From contig CAWAUV010000004.1 of assembly GCA_963785305.1 (NCBI GenBank), positions 288,001 through 352,000 of the forward strand: DNA of 64,000 bases, in the 5' to 3' direction. The translations under genes and the position numbers were made by a program. Of the stretch, positions 32,971 to 45,223 are shown piece after piece (the first letter of the stretch is position 1; the number at the start of each line of letters is the position of its first letter). This stretch comes from an uncultured Planctomycetaceae bacterium (lineage in GTDB: Bacteria; Planctomycetota; Planctomycetia; Pirellulales; PALSA-1355). Below the pieces are notes generated by a model, which ran no database searches, was not told where the DNA came from, and was given only the letters and a program-made list of their open reading frames with translations.

Positions 32971-33900
32971 GCTCCATCACAGCATATGACCCCACCAGAA
33001 TCTCCGTGATCGAGTTTAGCGGCTCTCGCGTCGTCGCAGCATTGTCGCCGTTGACGTGGCCGAGAGCTTTGGCGACTGCACCCTCCAAATCCAAGTAATA
33101 GAAGCAGGCCGCCCCCTAAGATAAGCACCGGCGCTATTAAGCCGCTTGGATCCGAAAAATCCATTGGTCGATTTGTCGCATAACGGTACATATCCGAGTC
33201 GCCGCCTTTTAAGCCTAACGGATCGCGAGTGATCCAATCGCCAAGTAGCGAATTCAAATATCGGTTTCGCGCCAAATACAGCCCCGTTTCGCCGTCCCAG
33301 CGGTAGCCGCAGTAGAGGGTTTCCCAGGCGTACGCGGAGCCGCTACGCGCGAACCGTGAAGTCGGGATTCAGGAATGTCGGCAAGCCATAGGCGGTGTAC
33401 TGGTAGCGTTCTTCGACGGCGCCGGATGTATTGACGACGGCCGTGACGTTCCAGTTCGCGTCTTGCAAGGCGTACAAACGCTCGGTTGAGCGGTCGCGGA
33501 GGACGAGGTCATCGATGTAGCGCAGGCCCCAAATGAATTGGCGGTCGACGGAATTGTCGCCGACGCGCTCTTTCAATACCTGCCACTGGTTTGAGTAAAA
33601 ATATACGCGAAGGACGCCGGAACTCGTCTTCGTCGTGCGGCGATTGAGGCCGTCGTAGGTGTAGTTGTATGAAACGACGCGCGGCGTCGAGCCGGCGATG
33701 GCGCCGGGATAGGTGATCGCCGTGAGCCGCGTCGTGTTGGCGCTGCCGTCGGCATAGGCGTAATGCACATTCGGCGATGTGGAGGTATTCACGGCGGCGC
33801 CATGCTGCTGGTACTGCGTGACGAGTTGCTGGAAACCATTGTAGGTGTTTTGAATTTGATTTAACACGGTCGAGCCGGCGCTGGCGATTGTAGGTATTGC
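32971..33900 (-). pseudogene. Orphan Rhs module 5 (divergent family): internally deleted core, tip cut by IS3
   Basis: VLNQIQNTYNGFQQL..RVVSYNY joined directly to TYDGLNRR; WGLRYIDDL, QDANWN, WITRDPLG..DPSGL; indel near 33345. Confidence 0.85.
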
Positions 33901-34180
33901 CGATGAAGCCTCGCGCGGGCGGTATCCTGGCGGTCGACTCGTGTTACCGCACGAACGGGCTCTTGGCCGCTCGGGCGTCGAAGCACCACTTCCGCGGCAC
34001 GAAAAACGTCGCCGTGTTCTCGGATCGATAGTGGAACGCTCCTCCGTCGCGGTCCATGCGAAACCGGCCGGCGGAAGATTCCAGTCCAGCCGAGGTAAAA
34101 CCGACGGGTCTCTTGCGGGACCTTTACCCGGTGAAGGCGGGTGGGTTTTCGGGAGAGGGAAGGGCCGCATCGTGGTGCGC

Positions 34181-34220
34181 AAAAAAACCCCACCCGGGAA
34201 ATGGCTCAGCCCGGGTGGGG
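34181..34220 (-). terminator. Intrinsic terminator downstream of 16S rRNA
   Basis: Minus strand CCCCACCCGGG-loop-CCCGGGTGGGG followed by T7. Confidence 0.9.
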
Positions 34221-34361
34221 CTCTCTTCATCAATTTTGGTAGTTTGCCCGATCCACGCGATCAACGCCGAAGCGGAGATAACATGGCGAGCGACCTCTGG
34301 CCAGACACAAGAACTGTCCTCACAAATTCAAATCCGTCGATGTCACCATCAGGCGGATGGA

Positions 34362-35890
<1,529 letters not shown>

Positions 35891-36105
35891 GTTTATACTC
35901 GTTCGACCGAACAAGGCACCCCTCGCCGCAAGCAACCTTCCCGAAGGAAAGTTCCCCACAAACGCAAGGCGACCACATCCGATCGTTATGAGCCAAGCTG
36001 AAAAGGTCTGGTTTGCTGATCGCATAAATTCCATTCGTGAAAATGGAACTTATCGCCAGCTAGCACAGTCTTGTGCTGGCAAATAAATTTCAGAGGTCAC
36101 TACCA

Positions 36106-36119
36106 AATTGTCAAAGATC
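36106..36119 (-). promoter_or_regulatory. rRNA leader boxA-like antitermination motif
   Basis: GATCTTTGACAATT between the promoter and the 5' arm of the 16S processing stem; resembles the boxA consensus GCTCTTTAACA. Confidence 0.75.
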
Positions 36120-36219
36120 GAACAAAAATCCCCGGCTGGCATTCGCCGCCCGCAAAAACCCTAAAGGCCTTAGCCCTTAAAGACTTCAGCAGAAAGCAAT
36201 GTCGCCCGAGGGAAGTCAC

Positions 36220-36247
36220 ATTCTATGAATCAGCGTCGTCTTGTCAA
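36220..36247 (-). promoter_or_regulatory. Sigma70 promoter of the 16S gene
   Basis: TTGACA (36247-36242), 16-nt spacer, TAGAAT (36225-36220). Confidence 0.85.
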
Positions 36248-36644
36248 CAGGCGCCAAACAATTTCTTGCTGGGCCAGCAGACCGATCCGCTGTCGTCGCC
36301 TGTAAGCTGCTTGGCAGCCCGTGAGCAACGTCTCGCAAGCGGGGTCACTCGCGAGTTTCGACGCCACCGAGCAGGCCCTCGTCTCTTGCGAGACTACGAG
36401 CCGCTAGCGGCGGTTGGAGACAGAAGCAAATCTACGGCAGCCAAGCCGTGGCGATCACTCCCGACTGCCGGATTCTCACAAAACTCTGACGTTCCGTCAA
36501 GAGCCCCGTCAGAAGTTTTCTGAATATCGGCCAATGCCCCGGAAAAGCATCACTCGCCCAGGAGCGAGGCCCTACGAATTCGCAAATCGGACAAGCTCGA
36601 CGCGCTCGCGGGCGAAAAAACCATCAGCAAGCCGTGCAAAATGC

Positions 36645-37883
36645 TCAGCGCGCCCTGGAGACCCGTTTGCGATCCGCGCTCGCCGAAACTGGCGGAGTTT
36701 TCGCGGTCTTCCCCGTTTTTTCGCCGCTTTCCGCGACGACTGGCGCCGGCGCCGCACGCACATCGGGCGCCAGGCCGCGGCTGATCCAGCCGCACACCGT
36801 CCCGCTCCCCACATACTCCTCCCAATCGTGGCGAGGGCCCACGAGACAGCAAACGTCGTGCTGCTCGAATTTGGCGAACTCGGCGCCCAGGCGTCCCGGC
36901 GACGCTTGTCCGGTGTAGCCGAGCGCTTCTTGGCAAGACCCGCGGCCATAGAGCCGGCCGTAGCGCTTGAGCACTCGGTCGCACCCGTTGTTGATCAGCG
37001 TGATATGTTCCGTTTGCTCCAAGGCCAAGCCAAATCGCCGCCCGGGCAAGAGCCAATCGTTGTCCATGGCCGAGGCCATCAACACCAGACGCGCGGGCCG
37101 ATAACGTCGCGTCAAATTCGGCATCCGATAGCCATCGATAGATCCGCCGGCCACAAGCTGCAAGGCGCCGCCGATGACCCGCACTCCGAAGCTATAGCCC
37201 ACGAGGCTCAAGGGCCCGCCGGCCGGCAAATGATCGAGAAACCAGGCCAAATGTCGGGCGTCGATATCGGATCGGGCGGCTTTGGCTCGCGCGTCGTTCA
37301 GCGGTCCGCCACCGACTTTTTCGCTCGGCCACGACCAAATCACGAATCGCATCGCCGGCTGGTGGGGAGCATATCGCACCGACACGTTGTACAGCCGCCA
37401 GCCGAATTGCACGGCGTCGTTGTGCGACATGCGATTGCCGTGCATCGCCACGCTTACCGGCGTCGTGGCCGAAAGGGTCGACCAAAACTCGCTGGCGGGG
37501 GTTTGGACCCAGCGAGCGGCGCGATATCGCCAATACCAAAGCGGCGGCCCCGTGGGTGAGCAGCCGGTCGTGCAGCCGCAGCCGCGACTGCTGACGATCC
37601 AGATATCATCTTCAGGTCGCGGAATCGTGACAGGCGACGCGGGCGGGCAGGGCTTCGCGGCGGGAGTCGCGCATGCGGGCAACGCCCCAACGCTCGCGGT
37701 CGCGGAATTCGCGAGCGTCGAATTCGCCGAGACCATCGCCGGCGTCGGGCCGGGCGCCGCTGGCTCGGCCGAGGCATGCGCGAGCGCAAGCGGCAAGCGA
37801 GCGAGCGACTGTTGCCAGCGCGCCGCGGGCGAACCGAAGGCCAGGAGCCCGGCGATTGCGAATATTTGGAAAAAGCCGCCCAT
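36645..37883 (-). CDS. Secreted alpha/beta-hydrolase-fold protein (DUF900-like)
   Basis: Signal-like N-terminus, VAMHGN, FVIWSWPS, nucleophile elbow VGYSFG, LMASAMD, N..DRVLKRY. Confidence 0.75.
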   Translation of the reverse strand: MGGFFQIFAIAGLLAFGSPAARWQQSLARLPLALAHASAEPAAPGPTPAMVSANSTLANSATASVGALPACATPAAKPCPPASPVTIPRPEDDIWIVSSRGCGCTTGCSPTGPPLWYWRYRAARWVQTPASEFWSTLSATTPVSVAMHGNRMSHNDAVQFGWRLYNVSVRYAPHQPAMRFVIWSWPSEKVGGGPLNDARAKAARSDIDARHLAWFLDHLPAGGPLSLVGYSFGVRVIGGALQLVAGGSIDGYRMPNLTRRYRPARLVLMASAMDNDWLLPGRRFGLALEQTEHITLINNGCDRVLKRYGRLYGRGSCQEALGYTGQASPGRLGAEFAKFEQHDVCCLVGPRHDWEEYVGSGTVCGWISRGLAPDVRAAPAPVVAESGEKTGKTAKTPPVSASADRKRVSRAR

Positions 37884-38284
37884 GTCCACGATCCATCGCA
37901 TTCGTTGCCGCCGTCAATGCGCAATGATAGTGGCTTCCATGCGAAAGGGAAGCCAGCGCGGCGGATTCACTCATCGTCGCCCGCGAGCGAAACTCTTTTG
38001 TTTAGGCAAACAGCGATGGGTCGGCGGGAGTGTAGCATTTTTGCCACCGCGATTTCGGCGGCGCGTCGAGCATGTTCGCTTCAATCGGGCGCGAATCGAC
38101 CGATTGCGGCGAATTGGCCAATGAACCATTTCGCCGCGCGGGTGGCGAAAAAGTACCGTGAATAAAAAAATCGACGCGGCGAGTTGCATGTTCGCAACCG
38201 CGATGTAGAGTTGCTTGCCCAACAAACATAAACGCGACGGGGTTCGGTCTCTCTCCCGCCCCCGCATGCAATGGAGATCGTGAA

Positions 38285-38539
38285 ATGAAACGCTTGATGA
38301 TCGTGGCGATCTCCGCGGCTTGGTTCGCGGGATCGACCGGTTGCTCGAGTCTCTGCCCCTGGTCGCACTCGAACTCGACGTATTCCTCGTGCGCTCCGGT
38401 GGCGACCTCGGCGTGCTCGCCGGTGATGGATGGCTGTGGCAGCCCGATGATGGGCGCGACCTCGGCGCCGATGATTCAGAGCCAAGGTCCGACCACGATG
38501 ATGCCGACGCCGGAAATCTACACGCCGGCGCCCCGCTGA
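38285..38539 (+). CDS. Small lipoprotein-like Cys/Pro-rich peptide
   Basis: GGAG RBS, MKRLMIVAISAAWFAGSTGC lipobox-like signal, downstream terminator. Confidence 0.75.
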   Translation: MKRLMIVAISAAWFAGSTGCSSLCPWSHSNSTYSSCAPVATSACSPVMDGCGSPMMGATSAPMIQSQGPTTMMPTPEIYTPAPR

Positions 38540-38567
38540 TTCGAGTCGCCGATCCGAAAATACATGT

Positions 38568-38623
38568 CCGCCGCGAGCGTTGTCGCCATCCTGACCGGCA
38601 ATACTCGCGGCGGGCTTTTTTTT
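38568..38623 (+). terminator. Intrinsic terminator
   Basis: CCGCCGCGAG / CTCGCGGCGG stem then T8. Confidence 0.8.
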
Positions 38624-38771
38624 GGGCGTTTCCGTCGAACGCGATTCGAAGGCGATTCGCGCCGAATCTCTCCGGCCTCGGGCTCCGCATGGCGGTCCGC
38701 GGAGCTTGCTTCGCGCATCGTCCCACAGGCGGGCGTTTGCCGCGCGGGCGAAAATCGGGCATGATGTTGCG

Positions 38772-39209
38772 ATGCCAGCTCACAGCCCCCTGCCCCTGTT
38801 GCAAGCGATCGTGCTCTGCGATTGCATTTATTCCGATGCCCGCACCGGCAAGAAGGTGCTGGCCGGCACATTCAACACGCTCTGGGCGGTGGAGTTTCCC
38901 ACCGTGTTTGCCCGCAGCACATTTGTTTATCTGTGCGTAACCGAGGTGCATCGCGAAGCGACGCTCGGAATGCGATATGTCGACCTGGACACGAACGACG
39001 CGCTGCTAAGTCTCGACGGCATCGTGCTCGAGGCCGAGTCGCCGGTGCTGAGCGTCGAGCTGGCGATCGAGATTCCGCCGCTGCCGATGCCCCACGCCGG
39101 GCCCTATGCGATCGAGGTCGTGTGCGGAGATTCGCCGTTGGGCTCGGTGCGCATGCTCGCCCAAAAAATCGCGCCGCCCCCGCCCGCCAACGGCCACACG
39201 CCGCGATGA
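38772..39209 (+). CDS. Hypothetical beta-sandwich protein (DUF6941-like)
   Basis: LQAIVLCD.IY.DARTGKKVLAGTFN...P.P.AGPYAIEV. Confidence 0.7.
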   Translation: MPAHSPLPLLQAIVLCDCIYSDARTGKKVLAGTFNTLWAVEFPTVFARSTFVYLCVTEVHREATLGMRYVDLDTNDALLSLDGIVLEAESPVLSVELAIEIPPLPMPHAGPYAIEVVCGDSPLGSVRMLAQKIAPPPPANGHTPR

Positions 39210-39364
39210 ACACCACGCGGTCGAATTCTCGGGCCAAATAGGCCGCTGATTGCGGGCGCCCTAAAAGAGCGGTAGAGTGATTCTCCGGCGCGCCCGTTTT
39301 TGTGTCGCGTCAATACTCGTCACTCTTCTTCGTCTCGTCCGCTGGCGCTGAACACGGTTATTCG

Positions 39365-40949
39365 ATGCTCGCCAAACTGCGCACTTTTTCGCTTGTTGGC
39401 ATCGAAGCCTTGCCGGTGGAGGTCGAGGTCGATGTGTCCCCCGGCGCGCTGCCGAAGACAGTGCTGGTGGGCCTGCCCGAAGCCGCGGTCAAGGAGAGCA
39501 CGCATCGCGTCGAGCGCGCGCTGGTGAATTCGGGATTCATGCGCCGCACGATCGCGTGGTGATCAATCTGGCCCCGGCCGAGCTTCCCAAGCAAGCGGCG
39601 TCGTTCGACTTGCCGATTTCGCTGGGCATGCTCGCCGCCGCTGGTCAGATCGAGGGCGCGCGATTCGACCGCTATGCCGTGGTGGGCGAGCTCGCGCTCG
39701 ACGGCACGACCCGGCCCACGCGCGCGCGCTGTCGATCGCGATTGCCGCCGCGCGGCAAAAAGGCCTGGTCGGGCTCGTGGTGCCGCGCTCGAGCGCCGCC
39801 GAGTCGGCGGTGGTCGAGGGCCTCGAAGTGATTGCCGTCGATTCGCTCACCCAAGCCGTGGCGTTTTTCAGCGGTCAGATCGATATCGAACCCACGGCCC
39901 CGCAGCTCCAAAATTGGTTCGCCGAATATGGCGCTTACGATGTCGACTTCTCCGATGTGCGCGGCCAAGAGCTCGCCAAGCGGGCAATCACGATCGCCGC
40001 CAGCGGGCAACACAATTTGCTCATGCTCGGTCCGCCGGGGTCCGGCAAGACGATGCTCGCCAAGCGCATGCCCACGATTCTTCCCTCCCTCACTCCGGCC
40101 GAGTCGATCGAAACCACGCGCATCTCTAGCGCGCTGGGACTGCTCAAGGCCGGGCAGCCGCTCTTGGCCACGCGACCTTATCGGGCGCCGCACCACACGA
40201 TCAGCGACGCCGGACTGGTCGGCGGCGGCTCGACGCCCTCGCCGGGCGAGATATCCCTCTCGCACAACGGAGTCCTTTTTCTCGACGAACTGCCCGAGTT
40301 CAATCGGCGCACGCTCGAAGTGCTTCGCCAGCCGCTCGAAGACGGGTCGGTCACGATCTCGCGCGCGCTCAACAGCACCACGTTTCCAGCGAATTTTCTG
40401 CTGATCGCGGCGCTGAATCCGTGTCCCTGCGGATATCGCAACGATCCGCGCCGCGATTGCCATTGCACCGTGCCCCAGATCGAACGCTACATGAGCAAGA
40501 TTTCGGGCCCGCTCTTGGATCGCATCGACATTCATATCGAGGCCCCGGCCGTGGCCTTCAAGGAGCTCTCGGCCAAGAGCGGCGGCACGACCAGCGCCAT
40601 GATGCGCGAGCGGGTCGAGCAGGCGCGGGCCGTGCAGCGGCGCCGGTTTGCCGGCACGCACACGCGAGCCAATGGCCAGATGACCCATCGCCAGATTCGC
40701 GCCCATTGCCAGCTCGACGACGCCGGCATGAACCTACTCAAGGCCACGATGACGGAGCTAGGGCTCTCGGCCCGAGCTCACGATAAGATTCTACGGGTCG
40801 CCCGCACGATTGCCGATCTCGAAACGACGCTGGACCCGACGGAAATCGACCGCGCGACGGACAATCCGCCGCCCGACCCTCCCATTCGGCCGGAGCATGT
40901 GAGCGAAGCGGTGAACTACCGCATGCTCGACCGGCAAATGTGGACATGA
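39365..40949 (+). CDS. comM: YifB/ComM Mg-chelatase-like AAA+ ATPase, frameshifted
   Basis: VGLPEAAVKES, INLAPA, GPPGSGKT, RAPHHT, PGEISLSHNGVLFLDE, NPCPCG, LSARAHDKILRVARTIADL. Confidence 0.92.
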
Positions 40950-40963
40950 CGCGCGGCGCGAGG

Positions 40964-43061
40964 TCACGACTCCTCGGCGCCAGTCGGCGCGAGTTCGCGA
41001 AACAGCGCGAGCAGCATGTGTCGATCGACCGGCTTCGTGAGATGCCGCCAAAAGCCCGCGGCCAATGAACGGTTGATATCCTCGGGCCGGCCGTAACCGG
41101 TCAGCGCCACGAGCCGGGGGCAAGCGTCGCCGAGCGCATCGCGCATCCGGCGCGCGACTTCGTAGCCATCCATGCCGGGCAGGCCGATATCGAGAAACAC
41201 GATTTCAGTTCGTTTCTTTTCAACCGCGGCAAGCGCCGCGGGACCATTGGCGACCGTTTCAACCCGGTGGCCCATCGAACGAAGCAGGAGCGCCAGGAGT
41301 TGGGCCGCGTCGCGATTGTCGTCGAGCACCAACACTTCGCGCACCCGGGCGGCGGGGGCTTCCCGGGCGCCGTTCGCGTGCCGGGACGAGGCATTCCAGT
41401 CGCTCGGAAGCGCGGGCACTTCCACCACGAATTCACTGCCGGCGCCGGGGCCGTCGCTCTCGGCATGAATCTTGCCCGCGTGAAGTTCCACGATGCGGCG
41501 AACCAGCGTGAGTCCAATTCCGAGCCCGCCCTGCGCACGGTCGAGCGAACGATCGACCTGCATGAATAGATCGAATACATGTGGAAGCATCTCGCGCGAA
41601 ATCCCCACGCCCGAATCGCGCACCCGGATTTGGATCCAATCGTCCCGGCGTTCGATCGCGAGCGAGATTCTTCCGCCCGCGTCGGTGTATTTCGCGGCAT
41701 TGTTGAGCAGGTTGGCAATCACCTGGGCAATGCGAGTCGGATCGCCCAGCATGCGCTCCGGCCGCTCGGGCAATTTGATCGTGAGCTCATGCCGCAGCGA
41801 ACGGATCAGCGGTCGGCTGATTTCGACCGCTTGGGCGGCGGCGGCGGCGATATCGAAGGCCTCCTTCCGCAAATTGATTTTGCCCTGGGTAATGCGCGCG
41901 ACATCGAGCAGATCATCGATCAGACGTTTCATCTGACCGATTTGCCGCTCGATAATGTCGCAGGCCATGGTCATTTGCTCGCTCATGGATTCGCTGAGCT
42001 TGAGAAGTTCCATGGCGCTCAATATCGGCGAGAGCGGATTGCGAAGCTCGTGGGCCAGCATCGCCAAAAACTCGTTTTTGCGCTGATCGGCGACCGCAAG
42101 TTGATCAACCCGCGAGCGGAGCGCATGTTCCAGACGCCTGCTTTCGATCGCCAGACCGATGATATTGGCGACGGCGCGGAGCGCGTGCATGTCGTCGGGA
42201 TCGAGCGTGATCGGCCGGGCGCGGAACAAGCTGAGCGCGCCAATGCGCTCGCCATGAGCCAAAAGCGGCAGGGTCGCGGCATGGGTGATGCTTTCCCCCA
42301 GCAGCCAAGCGCGCAGTTCGCTCTCGGGCCACTGGGCGATGTTCGACAGCTTGGGGGCGCCCGAAACGGGCAAGGCGAAGTCGGGATGGCGATCGATCGA
42401 AAAGTCGAAGTGACGCGCGGCCGGCATCGCATCGCCCCATCCAGCGGCGGCCGAGAGCCGCAGCGATTTGCCGGCCGGGTCGAATTCCCAGAGGGCGCAG
42501 CGGTCGATGGGCATTGTCTGACCGATGGTTTTCAGGACGCCCGCCGCCAGCCGTTCGAGGCTTTCGCCCGCCAGCGCGGCCCGGCCCAATTCGGCGAGGC
42601 CCGCGTTTTGACTGCCGCGGGCGGCCGATTCGGCGTCGTATACGGCGCGCTCGGTTACGTCTTCGATGAGCGTGAGCGTGCCGAGAATGCCGGTGTCGTC
42701 GATCAGCGGCGTGATCCGCGCGCTTTGCTGCATTTGCGAAAAACCCGATCGCGAGACGGTTGCCGGCATCGGCAAGAGATACCGGTGCAAGGCTTGCGAA
42801 AGCACGACCACCTGCCCGGCCATGGCGCAGAAACGCCTTGTCGAGCTTGCGAGCCGCAAGTTCGGGAAAGACTTCGAGCAGCGAACGTCCCTCGACACTG
42901 CTCGCCGAGCGGCGGGTGTTGATTTCGAGCCAGTGGTTCCAGGTCGTGATCCGCAGCTCGCGATCCGTGGTGAACAACCCGCCGTTGACGATATCTTGCA
43001 AGGCGCGCGCAATCGGCGCTTGGAGCGATCGAGCGCGGGCGACGTCCTTGTTCGAGATCAT
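40964..43061 (-). CDS. Hybrid histidine kinase (PAS-GAF-HisKA-HATPase-receiver), frameshifted
   Basis: LFTTDRELRITTWNHWLE PAS start in ORF 42105..43133; FLAMLAHELRNPL, NAAKYT, GGLGIGL, FLDIGLPGMDG. Confidence 0.9.
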
Positions 43062-43077
43062 GGATTCGCGTCGGTTT

Positions 43078-43711
43078 CTAGAGCGCGTCGGACGCGCCGC
43101 TGGCGGCTCGCATTGCCCATTGTTCGACCGCATGCACCAATTGATCGAGCGATGTGATACCGAGCACGATCACCATGCGACCTTCGACATGACAATCGCG
43201 GATATCAAAATTCGATCCCACGACCAATCCAAATTTCAATTCCGCCTTGCCGGTGCCGAGCGACGACAGAAATTCATCGAGCGCCTCGATATGCAACTGC
43301 GGCACGGTGAACGAAAGTCGCACCTGCAAGAGATTGCCGAAAATGCCGAGGCAGGCATTGAGCAGGATATTCCCCACTTCCGACAGCACTTCTTTCGACG
43401 CCGTGCCGAGCCGCGAACTGGTGTCGGTGTCGCCCGAAAGCACCCGCACCAAATTGACCGCGCCGTCGTGGTTGAGCACCAGGAGCGCGTCGCCATCGAG
43501 CGGACCGAGAAAAAACTGGTGGATGATCGTCACATCCCCCCGCACGAACTGCGAGAGCGCCGCGCCCAGTTCCGAAAACGCATGCACGGAGACCTCGGGC
43601 ACATCGAGCTCGACTCGGTTGCCCGTGAGATCCGAGACGCCGCGCCGCGCGCGAAAAGGCGATATTGATGAGTTCCGTGAGCGCGTTGCGCTGGGATTCG
43701 GTGAGCTCCAT
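43078..43711 (-). CDS. cheC: CheC-like phosphatase, frameshifted
   Basis: MELTESQRNALTELINIAFSRAA and EVLSEVGNILLNACLG (two ExxN motifs). Confidence 0.85.
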
Positions 43712-44076
43712 CAGTTTTCATTCCCCAACGCTTGAGCCACCGCGTGCAGCACGGTTGCGTTTACAAACGGCTTGGAGACGAACCCCCGAGCGCCGGCGCT
43801 TTCGGTCATCACGCGGGTCGAGCTCTGAATATCGGCCGTGGCGATCACGACGCGGGCCGCGGGATCGATCTCCCGCAGTTTTCGCAGGACTTCGAGACCG
43901 TTCATGCCCTTCATGGTCATATCCAAGAACACGAGATCGGGCTTTTCGAGGTAGTAGGTCTCGAGCGCCGACATTCCGTCCGCCGATTCGATGACCTGAT
44001 ATCCGCCATCGGTCAGAATCGAGCGGGAGATTCGACGAGAAAGGCTCGAATCATCGACAATCAGTATCTTCGGCAT
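43711..44076 (-). CDS. cheY: Single-domain CheY-like response regulator
   Basis: ILIVDDS, PDLVFLDMTM, TAD, FVSKPF. Confidence 0.88.
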   Translation of the reverse strand: MPKILIVDDSSLSRRISRSILTDGGYQVIESADGMSALETYYLEKPDLVFLDMTMKGMNGLEVLRKLREIDPAARVVIATADIQSSTRVMTESAGARGFVSKPFVNATVLHAVAQALGNEN

Positions 44077-45150
44077 CTACACAATCTCCATGATCGCGGC
44101 GGCGATATCCGTCAGTGGCACGACACGATCGCTTAACCCGGCCTCGGCCACGGATCGCGGCATTCCGTAGACAATGCAACTTTGTTCGGCCTCGGAAAAA
44201 ATCATTCCGCCCGCGGCTTTGATCCAGGCCGCGCCTTCTTTTCCATCGGAACCCATGCCGGTCATCACCACCCCCAGCACACGATCGCCATAAACATCGG
44301 CCGCCGAACGGAACAGCACATCCACCGACGGACGATGTTGCGTATTCGCTGGGTGGTCATCCAAACGCGTTACGACCGAACCGGCGCCCGCGCGGCGAAA
44401 ACCAACATGGCGCCCGGCCGGCCCCAGCAATGCCATTCCCGGCCCCAGCAACGCGCCTTCGTGGGCCTCGCGCACCGACAACCGCGATATTTCGTCCAAC
44501 TTCTTGGCATACAGCTCGGTATACCCGACCGGCATATGCAACACCATTACGATCGGAACCGGGAAGTCGTTCGGAAATCGCGGAATTAAATCACAAAGCG
44601 CCTGCGGCCCGCCCGTCGACACACCGACCACGATCACATCGACCCGCTTCCTGCCGCTCGCGACAAGCGGCGCCGCCGGCCGATCCTCGCAACGCTTCGC
44701 GAGCAGCGTCGCGCTGGCCTTGCCGGCCATCATCACTTTTTCGATCAACTCGTCCCCGATCGTCAATACTTTTTCCGTGGCTAGCGCCGTCGGCTTTCGC
44801 ACCAGATCCACCGCGCCCAAGTCGAGCGCTCGCAACGCCAATTCGTTTTGTTCGCCGGTGACGCTCAATACGACGATCGGCAGCGGACGCCGCGCCATTT
44901 GGGCACGCAAGAAGCCCAATCCATCCATGCGCGGCATCACCAAGTCGAGCGTCACCACGTCGGGACGCAACGACTCGACCAGCTCGAGCGCTTCCTGTCC
45001 GTCTCTCGCCGCGCCAACGACCTCCAGGCTCGGGCTGCGCGAAAGAATCTCCTTTACCGTTTTGCGCATATAGGCCGAATCGTCGACCACCAGCACTCGC
45101 GTCTTCGACAGGACAGGTATTTCGCCGCCGCTGGACCGGGAAATCGCCAA
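44077..45150 (-). CDS. cheB: Chemotaxis methylesterase CheB (start uncertain)
   Basis: Receiver plus GVSTGGP, LHMP, RPSVDVLF, MTGMGSDG, VYGMP. Confidence 0.95.
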   Translation of the reverse strand: MAISRSSGGEIPVLSKTRVLVVDDSAYMRKTVKEILSRSPSLEVVGAARDGQEALELVESLRPDVVTLDLVMPRMDGLGFLRAQMARRPLPIVVLSVTGEQNELALRALDLGAVDLVRKPTALATEKVLTIGDELIEKVMMAGKASATLLAKRCEDRPAAPLVASGRKRVDVIVVGVSTGGPQALCDLIPRFPNDFPVPIVMVLHMPVGYTELYAKKLDEISRLSVREAHEGALLGPGMALLGPAGRHVGFRRAGAGSVVTRLDDHPANTQHRPSVDVLFRSAADVYGDRVLGVVMTGMGSDGKEGAAWIKAAGGMIFSEAEQSCIVYGMPRSVAEAGLSDRVVPLTDIAAAIMEIV

Positions 45151-45223
45151 AATTCACCCCGCGGGTATCACGGTATCACGACTAAAGAGTACTCTTGTTC
45201 GCTCGGCGGAACAAGTTGCGCCA

